The notes below the pieces were generated by a model. The model did not search any database and was not told the DNA's origin. It saw only the letters and a list, made by a program, of their open reading frames with translations. 64,000 bases of DNA from Bacteriovoracia bacterium (lineage in GTDB: Bacteria > Bdellovibrionota > UBA1018 > JBFWNL01), in contig JBFWNL010000001.1 of NCBI GenBank assembly GCA_050251055.1, forward strand, positions 612,449-676,448, written 5' to 3'. A program made the translations under genes and the position numbers. This document shows, piece after piece, positions 28,266-36,762 of the stretch. Position 1 is the stretch's first letter; each line of letters starts with the position of its first letter.

Positions 28266-29247
28266 CTAGTTCCACCCGAAAGGGTCGGTGTTGATGAAGT
28301 TGATAATTCCGGACGCCGCGCACTTGGCCGGGTTTTGTGCATCCGTGAGCGCGGCGTTGGTGCAGCCGGTCCGCGTGCGCAGCTTAATGGGGCAACTCAC
28401 CGCGCACTCGGCGTAGGTGAGCGTGCATCCCGATCCGGCCGTACCCGCGCAACCCTTGCCGCAGGCGTCCTTCAAAAGCGCGTCGAAGACCGTAGTGAGC
28501 TGGGTAAGCGAAGTCGCAACCGATCCACTCATGAGCGTCGAGGTGGCGCTGATTCCCTCGATCATGTTCAAGATCGACCCTGCGTACGAGCAGCCTTCCT
28601 CGGTCACGGTCGCCGACGTGGTCCCCGGGAGGTTTTGGGTCTTCTGGTAGTTGCCGTCCGGCGCGCCGCGCTTGTTCTGGATCTGCCCGATATTCGCCAT
28701 CGACACGAAGATCATGTAGAGATTCGAATCGCTCGTGCGTTGCGTATACTTGAGCGAACCCGGATTAAGCGTCCCGGCGTTGAACTCATCGGCCGCCGCG
28801 ATCACCACGCCGGGCAAGAGCGCGGCCATGAGCGAATCGGTGGCGTACCAAGCGGACTGCAAATTCGAGTCACTCGAATAGGGAAAATACTCGGTCAGAC
28901 GGCGCCAAAGCAAAGGGCCGGCGATGTTCGCCGTGCCCAGTTTGTCGACGAGGGGCAGAAAGTTGATGCCCGCGTTGCACCCGTGCGCAGACGCGCGAAC
29001 CATGCGCACGTCGTTGTCGGTGAATCCGGAATTGTAGAGCGCGTCCATCAACGCGATCGCGCCCGCGCAATTGCCCGTACTGAGATAGATATTGGCTTGG
29101 GCGAGCATCGCTTGCTTCTGGTACTCGCTCGTGGGCTCCAATACCGGGTTGGCGCAGCCAAGCGCACCAAAGAGACCGAGGAGATTTACGACCGTGAGCA
29201 GGCGGAGAAAGAAACCAAGCGCACGACGGCGCGCGTACGCGCGCGAA
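28266..29247 (-). CDS. Cys-rich lipoprotein, hypothetical; the start is uncertain.
   Basis: Lipobox LLGLFGALGC. There are 14 Cys in the mature part. The long ORF call (to 29363) overlaps the aminotransferase by 116 bp, so the real start is probably downstream and non-ATG. Confidence 0.45.
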
Positions 29248-30468
29248 CTAAGCTTGGGAGCCTTTCTCGATAAACGCAACAAGTCGTTCACAACCTTCCT
29301 GGAGCGACTTCTCGTCGGTAGCGAAGCTGATGCGGATCCACCCCGGTTCGCCGAACGAAACACCGGGCACGACCGCCACTCCCGCTTCCTGCAAGAGCCT
29401 TTCCGCGAACGGCACGGAGTCCTCGCCTGGACGCAGCGCGGACTCGACCCCGAGGAAAAAATAGAATGCCCCCTCGGGCGTACTGATCTTTATTTTGCCG
29501 CTTTTTCGCAAAGTTTCCAAGGCCAGATCCCGGCGGCGTCGGTAAACTGTCAGCTGATCGGCGAAGTGCTTTTCCGGTAACTTCAAGCCAGCGACGCTAG
29601 CCCACTGGGCCAGCGCGTTGATGCCCGAGGTAGTTTGCCCCTGCAGCCGATCGATCACGCGCGTGAGGGCCGCGGGCGCCACCGACCAGCCGATGCGCCA
29701 CCCCGTCATGGCGGCGCTCTTCGACATTCCGTTGACGGTGACCCCCCGCTCGCGCAAGGCAGGTACCGCTCCCAGAAACGAAGCGAAGCCCCCCGTCCCG
29801 AAAGTGATGCAATCGTAGATTTCGTCGCTGAGCGACCAGATCTGGTCACGCCACGGCGAGCGCAGGATCACTTCCCCCAGCCGCGCATACTCCTCGCGCG
29901 TATAAGTCGCGCCCGTAGGATTGGAAGGAGAATTCCAGATGACCATCCGCGTGCGATCCGTAAGCGCCGCCTCTAACTGCGCGGGCGACATCTTGAAGCC
30001 AGATTCCGCGGTCGTGCGGACCACTTTCGGCACCCCACCCACGAGCTTCACCATCTCCGGGTAGCTGAGCCAATAGGGCGAGACAATCACCACCTCGTCA
30101 CCTGGATTCACCGTGCAAAAAAGCGCGTTGAAGATGGCCTGCTTGCCGCCATTGGAAACAATTACGTCGGACGCGGTCCACGGCTTTTCCAAACCGGGTT
30201 GCTGCCGATTCGTCTTCTCGGCAATGAGCGCGCGCAGCTCGGGAATGCCCGCCGTAGCGGTGTATTTCGAGCGGTTCGCCGCCATCGCGTCCGCCACCGC
30301 TTGTTTCACCGGGGCGGGCACCGCGAAATCAGGCTCGCCCGCCGTGAGATTGATCACGGGCTTGCCCTGCGCGCGCAGCTCGTTGACAAGCGCGTTTAGC
30401 CTCAACGTCGCACTCTCGGCGATCACGTCCATGCGAAGCGCGAGCGGAGCGCGTTTCGAGTCACTCAT
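29248..30468 (-). CDS. Class I/II aminotransferase (aspartate aminotransferase-like).
   Basis: INLTAGEPDF, a PLP lysine region SKSAAMTGWRIGW, and a length of 406 aa. Confidence 0.8.
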   Translation of the reverse strand: MSDSKRAPLALRMDVIAESATLRLNALVNELRAQGKPVINLTAGEPDFAVPAPVKQAVADAMAANRSKYTATAGIPELRALIAEKTNRQQPGLEKPWTASDVIVSNGGKQAIFNALFCTVNPGDEVVIVSPYWLSYPEMVKLVGGVPKVVRTTAESGFKMSPAQLEAALTDRTRMVIWNSPSNPTGATYTREEYARLGEVILRSPWRDQIWSLSDEIYDCITFGTGGFASFLGAVPALRERGVTVNGMSKSAAMTGWRIGWSVAPAALTRVIDRLQGQTTSGINALAQWASVAGLKLPEKHFADQLTVYRRRRDLALETLRKSGKIKISTPEGAFYFFLGVESALRPGEDSVPFAERLLQEAGVAVVPGVSFGEPGWIRISFATDEKSLQEGCERLVAFIEKGSQA

Positions 30469-30977
30469 TTGCGCGCCCCAGCCTTCCCCGCCGCGCCGCC
30501 GGCCGGAATGCGTGTCTTCAGCTCTTTCAGAACGGCTTTGGGCACGTACGGCGCGATATCGCCACCATAGGCAAAAAGCTCCTTAATCATGGTGGAGCTG
30601 ACGAAATAGAGATCCTGCGACGTCATCATGAAAACGGTTTCGACGTCCGGGTTGAGCTGCTTGTTCATGCTCGCCATCATGAACTCGTACTCAAAATCGC
30701 TCGCCGCGCGCAAACCGCGGATTACCGCGTGAATGGAATTCTTCTTTGCATAATCCATGATCAAACCGGGCCAGGAGTCGACCTTCACGCCTTTGCGGTC
30801 CGCCACGACATCACGGATCAACTCCACGCGCTTTTCGATGGGAATCAACGGCTCCTTGCGGGGCGTGCCGGACACAACGATGATGATCTCGTGAAACACC
30901 TTGAGAGAGCGATCCAGGATGTCCAAATGCCCATGGGTCAACGGGTCGAATGACCCAGGATATACAGCGCGGCGCAT
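30465..30977 (-). CDS. coaD: Phosphopantetheine adenylyltransferase.
   Basis: RAVYPGSFDPLTHGHLDIL is the nucleotidyltransferase HxGH motif typical of CoaD. Confidence 0.85.
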   Translation of the reverse strand: MRRAVYPGSFDPLTHGHLDILDRSLKVFHEIIIVVSGTPRKEPLIPIEKRVELIRDVVADRKGVKVDSWPGLIMDYAKKNSIHAVIRGLRAASDFEYEFMMASMNKQLNPDVETVFMMTSQDLYFVSSTMIKELFAYGGDIAPYVPKAVLKELKTRIPAGGAAGKAGARK

Positions 30978-30981
30978 GCCT

Positions 30982-31165
30982 TAGGTATACCCTAGAAGCG
31001 GTCTCAAAAATACCTTCGTTACGAGGTTGAGCCAAAAAGCCCTCAGACGAGGACGCAGGATAAAAAGGACCGGAAGCGTGCCCTCAGGCCCGCTGAGGAC
31101 ATTTTTATCCGAGGACGAAGTCTAAGGGCTTTTTGGCCGACCGCAGTAGAAGGTAATTTTGAGAC
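30982..31165. repeat. ~185-bp nested imperfect palindrome (MITE-like element or long RNA hairpin) in the rsmD-coaD intergenic region.
   Basis: The outer arms CTAGAAGCGGTCTCAAAAATACC (30982-31004) and GGTAATTTTGAGACCGCTTCTAAG (31142-31165) are 22/23 complementary. The inner arms GCCAAAAAGCCCTCAGAC (31021-38) and GTCTAAGGGCTTTTTGGC (31110-27) match 17/18. There is a GGATAAAAA/TTTTTATCC pair, and a central hairpin CCTCAG-GCCCG-CTGAGG. Confidence 0.55.
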
Positions 31166-31170
31166 CGCTT

Positions 31171-31725
31171 CTAAGTCTTTTGGTAATACACCAACCGCGA
31201 ATCTCCCTGCACTTTTTCCTTAGTTTTCACTAAGGAAGTCAAGCGGTCGGGGAGCGGCTCGTCGCGCGAAGAGCTCTCGATTACAAGCCAACCCTCGGGA
31301 GCCAGGCACTGCGCCCAGTCCAAATCTTCGAGGACACGCTTCTCGAAACCTTTGGAGTACGGGGGGTCGGCGAATACCAGATCAAACGGCGCCAACGCGT
31401 GCAAGCGATCGATCGACTTCTGGAAAGGATCCGTCAAGATGCGGCACTTCGGCAAGACCTGGAGCATCTCTGCATTTTGCCGAATGAGCTTCGCCACCGG
31501 GGGGGCGCTCTCGAGGAACACGACACTCGCGGCGCCGCGAGAAAGGGCCTCAAAACCTAGGGCTCCGGAGCCGGCGAACAGATCCAATACACGGGCCGAA
31601 GGAACGATCGTTTGCAGGGAATTGAGCAAGGCTTGGCGCAAGCGCGCGGCGGTGGGCCGGGTCTTATCGTGAGAGGGCGTACGGAGCATGCGGCCGCGGA
31701 ATTCACCGCCAGTGATACGAATCAC
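31171..31725 (-). CDS. rsmD: 16S rRNA (guanine966-N2)-methyltransferase.
   Basis: LDLFAGSGALGFEALSRGA is the SAM motif I, and FADPPY is the N-methyltransferase motif IV. It lies upstream of coaD in the same orientation, a common pairing. Confidence 0.8.
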   Translation of the reverse strand: MIRITGGEFRGRMLRTPSHDKTRPTAARLRQALLNSLQTIVPSARVLDLFAGSGALGFEALSRGAASVVFLESAPPVAKLIRQNAEMLQVLPKCRILTDPFQKSIDRLHALAPFDLVFADPPYSKGFEKRVLEDLDWAQCLAPEGWLVIESSSRDEPLPDRLTSLVKTKEKVQGDSRLVYYQKT

Positions 31726-31744
31726 CGGATTAGGATAGCGCGCT

Positions 31745-32332
31745 TTAGGCGGCGCGGCGAACTGGAATCTTGAATTCGGAGCCGTCGGAGAGCTCGACCT
31801 TCAGGCATTGATCCACGAAGCAAACCGAAACCTCCTGGCCTTCGAACTCATAGGTGAGCTTCAGGGTCATATTCCCGGTCAAGTTCATCGTCAGGGTGCC
31901 GCTTTCGGTTTCGGTCGTCACGCTCGGCATGCGGTTTCTTTTTTCCACGTTTTTGCTCCTCACCGGGGTCACATTCGTCGCCGTAGCCGTGGCTAGTAGA
32001 CTGCCTTCGGCGGGCTCCTCGTCCTTCATGTCGCCTAAAGTTTCTTCCAGGGAAGGCTCTTCGCTCGAACCCGCGCGGAAATCGCCCATGCCGTCTTCCT
32101 CAGCGGTGGCATCCGGCTGGGGAACCATGCGGAGCTGAGGCCCACCGTGTTCTTCGCCTCCACCGGAGCTAGCGATTTCGTTTTGAAGCTTCTCGAGCTC
32201 GTTCATGATCTGATCGATCTCATCTTGTCCGGCGCCCGAGGCTGATTTGGCTTTTGGCTCTGCTCCCATAAAGGAAATCTCCCTGTGCATGCTCTTCGGA
32301 GCAATGGCAGGCGAAATTAACGACGCACACAC
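31745..32332 (-). CDS. Acidic hypothetical protein.
   Basis: Glu/Asp-rich N-terminal half and a beta-rich C-terminal ~60 aa. The real start is probably at the internal MGAEPK. Confidence 0.4.
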   Translation of the reverse strand: MCASLISPAIAPKSMHREISFMGAEPKAKSASGAGQDEIDQIMNELEKLQNEIASSGGGEEHGGPQLRMVPQPDATAEEDGMGDFRAGSSEEPSLEETLGDMKDEEPAEGSLLATATATNVTPVRSKNVEKRNRMPSVTTETESGTLTMNLTGNMTLKLTYEFEGQEVSVCFVDQCLKVELSDGSEFKIPVRRAA

Positions 32333-32407
32333 AGAAGCGTGGGACCGGAAAAGGAAACGCTAGAATCCTGGCGGAAACCCGTCGGTGAATTGACGGGAGG
32401 CGCGATC

Positions 32408-32689
32408 CTACCGAAAATCGATGGTATGCACCTTCGTTTCGGCCATCTCATCCGAAAGAAAGGACTGCACTTGTACCCCGCGGCGGGCATTTGCGTCCTC
32501 GCTTGGCCGGGCAATCTGGCAAACGTAGTCGGGGTTTAAACCCTGCTGGATGAGATAGACGGCGAGGTTTTCCGCTTTTTTATCCCCTCGAACGCATTCG
32601 GGAGCGGAGACAACGACTTCCGCCTGAGCTACAGAAAGGAATCCTAAACTTAAAATGATGAGTCGCGTAAAACGTACTGCCAAAACCAT
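32408..32689 (-). CDS. Small secreted hypothetical protein (93 aa).
   Basis: Signal peptide ...LGFLSVAQA and 2 Cys. Confidence 0.35.
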   Translation of the reverse strand: MVLAVRFTRLIILSLGFLSVAQAEVVVSAPECVRGDKKAENLAVYLIQQGLNPDYVCQIARPSEDANARRGVQVQSFLSDEMAETKVHTIDFR

Positions 32690-32949
32690 GATATCCCCCT
32701 AAAAACCACGACCTCTCCCTACCCTTCCATTTTAGCCCCCCCAGCGCGTCATGACACTGACTATGTGCGTTGTTTGTGATTTTTTTTAATAATAATTACA
32801 TATAGTTAACCACTTAAATCACTGAAAGTAAATAAATATTAACTTTTATCTAACCCCCCATCTTTCACCCTTGATAGTAGACTGTTTGCGTCATCATTCC
32901 GCGCTGGCCGAGTGCTGCGCGTCACTGCTATTCCTATCCGTCCTTCAAA

Positions 32950-35685
32950 ATGGACAAAACGGGGATCTCCAATCTCATTCTCAGCGAAAATCTGCCGGGC
33001 GGCTCGGGCTCAATGCAGAGCTTACTCCAAACGGAGGCGATCCCCTCGTCGTCCCACGCTACGGGTCTTCAAACCGAGTTAGGAAAGTGGTTGGAGAGTT
33101 CAGCCAATCCAGCCGCGCCTCCGGTGCAGTCCGCCCTCACGCTCAACTCAAGCCCGCCTACCGGCGGTGCGATCAACCCACGGGTGGCACTGCTCGCGCC
33201 AGTATTGCTGGACCTCACGCGCCAGATCGTCGACGAACTCGGGCGGAATCTAAACGGCCTCCTCTCGCTAAACCCGAGCCGTCGCGAAGCGCTTCTCAGA
33301 CATCTTTGTATGTTGGGTGGAATTGCCGGAGCCAAGAACACGCCCAAAGAGGTGCTGGAGTCGCTGCGCGCGTTCCTGCACGGGGGCCGCACGCCTCAGC
33401 ACAGCGTGGCGCTAGCCGCCTATCTTGAGGAAGTCGCGCTCGTGTTCCTGGGTCAAACGCTGCTGCTCAAAGCCTGGTCCGACCGGAACATTCGCGCATG
33501 GGCGCCGACGGATCTCACTAACGTCAACTGGACACTGAGCTTCGCACTCAAACCGTTCGTGCCGCACCAACGCGACGGCTGGCAGCTCACGAAGCCTAAC
33601 CTTTACTCCTGGTTCAATCCCAGCCCCCAGCTGCAGAGTTTGATTTGGCAAACCTTACAGGGTTTAGACCTTTCGGACGAGGCACCCACTTTGATGACGG
33701 ATCTCCTGAAGGGCTGCCAGCAAATCCGCTCCCAGTTGCCAGAGTCGCACGGCTACGACTCCCGTTTCTTCTCGGCGGTTTGGGGAGCCAGCGGTCGACT
33801 GACGCCCGAAGTACGCCAGCGGCATCAGTTTGGCTTCTCCCCCACTTTGCGGGAGGGCAGCCTGGCCCGTTCGGGCGAAAGCGGCCTGGGAGAAAATTTT
33901 CAGTGGATCGGTTCCGAGCTCAATCCGTTTTTATTCCTCTTGGGTGAGCTCACCGCGCTCTGGAGCGGTCCGGCTTGTCCGCGTTTTTGGCACCTCAGCT
34001 CGGGTCTCGAGCTTCATCCCCGCGAGCAACTCTCACTCTCCATGCCGCTCTCGCCGCTGAACGGCCCGAAGTCCTCACCACTCGTGCAGTACCTTTCCGA
34101 GATGGAGGCCTGCCGAATCGCGTTTGTGATGGAAGACTACGCAATCCGCTCGACCGGAAGAACCGGCGAATCCGCCTGGTTCCGTGGCGAACTCGCGGGC
34201 TTTCCATTCTTCAAAGGATTAAAGGCGCAGGAAACGACCTTAGGCGACCTCCAAGCCTGCGTGGCGCTCAGCAAGCTCCGCCCCGGCGGGCTCATGTGGT
34301 GGACGCGGGAAGAGCCGATCACGGCGCTAGAAGGCCCGGAAACCCTCAAATTCCTGCTCGATCGCGGCAAGCTCCTCGCCCAATGGGATTTCACCGGCAT
34401 CGCCCACTCCTTGCCATTGCAACGATCGCTCTTTCCAAAGTACCTCTACCTTTTTGAAAGATGCGCCTCGCTCGAAGCTCGCAACACCCACCGCCCCCGC
34501 ATGGTGCGACTACAGGGCCAGATCCGGAGCCACGTCGAAGTGCCGCTCTTTCTTCAAGACGCTATTCAGGAGGCACTCGCCGCGAGCCCGGGAGCGGAAA
34601 CCGAAGGCCGGGGCCATTGGCAAGTCCAGGTGCGCGTGAGCAACACCACCCAGCAGGAATGGGCGGAGCGCTGGCCGGAGAAAACGTCCGAAGAGATTTA
34701 CCGTAAGTTCGATCAACTCAAGGAAAACTCCACGCCGCTTGGCCAGATCGCGGGCATCCGCTTGAACCGGAGAGGCGCCGATGCGCCGTGGATGACCAAC
34801 CAGCTGCAAGCGGATTCACTACAGGTTCGGGGCGCCGTTCTGCAGATGGGTTCCGAGCAGGAAAACGGAAAACGGCGAATCGTGACGGCGATCACGGCCC
34901 AGCAGCTTGGGAGCACGCCCGCTTCTGACCTTCCCCTCACGATCATCCCGCACCAACCGGAGTTGACAGTCGTACTGCGCGCCTACCTAGAGAGTCCGGC
35001 GGTCGCGGAATGGCTGGAACTCTTCTGCGAACGGAAAAAAGGCGCCTGGGAGCTGAGCGAGGCCTCACTAAAATTTCTGCCCGTACCGAACGCGCTTTTG
35101 GCAAGCCTACGGGAGAACCGCGGCGCCTCGGCCGCGCTTCCCCTCGACGTAAACACGGTGGATCAGCTGGCCGCGCGTAAGCATGACATCCAGTTTCGGA
35201 GCGCCGTTTTCGTCGCCGCCGCCCATGAACTCGAGCGGGCCCGCGCGGATGCGGCACGCCTGGCAGATTTCGTGGACGCGAACGGCTCGATTCATTGGAA
35301 AGTACTTTTGCGCATCTTACCCAAGAGCGAATGTATCGCCTTCCCGCTGCATCCCGACGTGCGCTTTTCGGGCTCGCTTCCACCGCACGTGCCGATTCAT
35401 CGGATCGATCGCGTGAAGTCGAAGCCGCCGGCGCTCCTGCTCGCGACCCAGAGCGGACTTCACCTCAGCCTGAGCTGCACGCAGCCCCTCTTCCTCGATA
35501 TGCTTTGGTCGCAGTTCCAGGGCTTGAGCTATCCTACCTGGAACGAACTCGCGCAAAACGCCGTCGTTCCCCGCCGGACGGAGGTCGCGCAGACCGCCGC
35601 TGCCGACATCCTGCGCCGCCATGGCGAAACCGAGCGCCGACGCCAGCTCCTGACCGACATCCTGCACGCCTGTCCATTAGTTTAA
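32950..35685 (+). CDS. Large (911 aa) cytoplasmic hypothetical protein, with no motif I recognise.
   Basis: A 2.7-kb uninterrupted ORF with balanced, non-Arg-biased composition. No signal peptide, no Walker A, and no NPPY/DPPY. Confidence 0.6.
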   Translation: MDKTGISNLILSENLPGGSGSMQSLLQTEAIPSSSHATGLQTELGKWLESSANPAAPPVQSALTLNSSPPTGGAINPRVALLAPVLLDLTRQIVDELGRNLNGLLSLNPSRREALLRHLCMLGGIAGAKNTPKEVLESLRAFLHGGRTPQHSVALAAYLEEVALVFLGQTLLLKAWSDRNIRAWAPTDLTNVNWTLSFALKPFVPHQRDGWQLTKPNLYSWFNPSPQLQSLIWQTLQGLDLSDEAPTLMTDLLKGCQQIRSQLPESHGYDSRFFSAVWGASGRLTPEVRQRHQFGFSPTLREGSLARSGESGLGENFQWIGSELNPFLFLLGELTALWSGPACPRFWHLSSGLELHPREQLSLSMPLSPLNGPKSSPLVQYLSEMEACRIAFVMEDYAIRSTGRTGESAWFRGELAGFPFFKGLKAQETTLGDLQACVALSKLRPGGLMWWTREEPITALEGPETLKFLLDRGKLLAQWDFTGIAHSLPLQRSLFPKYLYLFERCASLEARNTHRPRMVRLQGQIRSHVEVPLFLQDAIQEALAASPGAETEGRGHWQVQVRVSNTTQQEWAERWPEKTSEEIYRKFDQLKENSTPLGQIAGIRLNRRGADAPWMTNQLQADSLQVRGAVLQMGSEQENGKRRIVTAITAQQLGSTPASDLPLTIIPHQPELTVVLRAYLESPAVAEWLELFCERKKGAWELSEASLKFLPVPNALLASLRENRGASAALPLDVNTVDQLAARKHDIQFRSAVFVAAAHELERARADAARLADFVDANGSIHWKVLLRILPKSECIAFPLHPDVRFSGSLPPHVPIHRIDRVKSKPPALLLATQSGLHLSLSCTQPLFLDMLWSQFQGLSYPTWNELAQNAVVPRRTEVAQTAAADILRRHGETERRRQLLTDILHACPLV

Positions 35686-35747
35686 CACCCACCTGGACTT
35701 ACCATTCACCGGAGCTGCATTTAAAAGTGGGTCCAGCCTGACCCACC

Positions 35748-35763
35748 TGGCACCGAATCTGCA
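35748..35763 (+). promoter_or_regulatory. Sigma-54 (RpoN) -24/-12 promoter element.
   Basis: TGGCAC-CGAAT-CTGCA compared with the consensus TGGCAC-N5-TTGCA. GG is at 35749-50 and GC at 35761-62, with correct spacing. It lies 265 bp upstream of the 36027 ORF. Confidence 0.45.
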
Positions 35764-35951
35764 ATTTCATCTCCCCGTGAGACACGCCGGAACCTGAGAG
35801 GGTTCCATGAGAGATGAGTGATGGGCAGAAGTGAAAGTGGAGTAGACGCCGAAATGATTTTCGATCGCCAATCCCCCTTTAAATTTTGTTCAGGACTCGA
35901 TCTAAACCATCGATTCCGAATTTTCCCCCTTTAATCCCCCCTAATCCCCCC

Positions 35952-36000
35952 CCGGGCCTCGTTTATCGGAGAACGAGGCCCGGATCCCCTCTTTCCTTTC
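35952..36000 (+). terminator. Perfect 12-bp GC-rich stem-loop followed by a pyrimidine/T-rich tract (attenuator/terminator-like) in the leader of the 36027 gene.
   Basis: CCGGGCCTCGTT-TATCGGAG-AACGAGGCCCGG (35952-35983), then ATCCCCTCTTTCCTTTC. It is preceded by C5/C6/C8 homopolymer runs (35925-35953). Confidence 0.4.
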
Positions 36001-36026
36001 GGAAACCGCCCGGTTAGACTTCCTCC

Positions 36027-36743
36027 ATGCGCGAGTTTCCCTGGCATGTGCGCAAGCCCGTGGCCGAGCACGATCAATGGTTCCGCAATCTCACCGGTTT
36101 GCACGCGCTCACGCGCGCCTGGATCCATGAGCTTCACTTAGAGGCCGAAGCCCCGCACCTGCTTCAACGTGTGATGAGCCCCCGCATTCAAGAGGCCCTC
36201 ACGATTCTGGAGACTTTGGACGAACGCTCGGTCCCCAAGGACCTCGAGTCCGTGTTGGGCTCCGACTATCCGGAAGAGCTGCTGGGACGCCTTGAGCAAA
36301 CCATCTGGGTCACCCAAACGTGGCTGCTCCGCCACCTGTTTGAAACCACCCCCCAAGACGAGTGGGACGCCCTGAAAAACTCGCTCGCGCAAAGTTCATG
36401 GAAAGCAGGACGAAACTGCGCCGAACAGCGTTGGGGAAAGCTCCCCGAGGTCGCGCGCCGAGACCTGCGAGGAGTGTTTTCCGCGATCAATGACGGGCCG
36501 CTCTCCGGCTTTCCCCACCACCGGGCTTTTCTCGTGGTTCGGGCCCTCCCGGAGCGGATCGAGGCCGAGTTACTGCACTGCCCCCATCGCAGCGTGTATC
36601 CTGAAATCGTGCTCGCGGCTGACGAACTCTGCCTTCTACACGCCGACTGGATCCGCGGCTACGCCTACGGGATCAATACGGAAGTATTGATCGATCACCA
36701 AAAAGACGTACGGTGCCGGCAAGTGTGGACACTGCACCAATAG
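36027..36743 (+). CDS. Hypothetical protein (238 aa), with no recognised domain.
   Basis: ORF with ordinary composition. It lies downstream of the sigma-54 element and the leader hairpin. Confidence 0.5.
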   Translation: MREFPWHVRKPVAEHDQWFRNLTGLHALTRAWIHELHLEAEAPHLLQRVMSPRIQEALTILETLDERSVPKDLESVLGSDYPEELLGRLEQTIWVTQTWLLRHLFETTPQDEWDALKNSLAQSSWKAGRNCAEQRWGKLPEVARRDLRGVFSAINDGPLSGFPHHRAFLVVRALPERIEAELLHCPHRSVYPEIVLAADELCLLHADWIRGYAYGINTEVLIDHQKDVRCRQVWTLHQ

Positions 36744-36762
36744 AGGCTGGATCCGCTTTTAA

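Noticed and set aside
27387-29273. Plus-strand ORFs (281 aa and 312 aa) opposite the OMP/lipoprotein pair.
   Set aside because: Arg/His-rich antisense frames. The minus-strand ORFs carry a signal peptide and a lipobox.
32895-32915. TGGCCGAGTGCTGC, a sigma-54-like element upstream of the 911-aa gene.
   Set aside because: The GG-to-GC spacing is one nucleotide off consensus, and it has no TTGC core.
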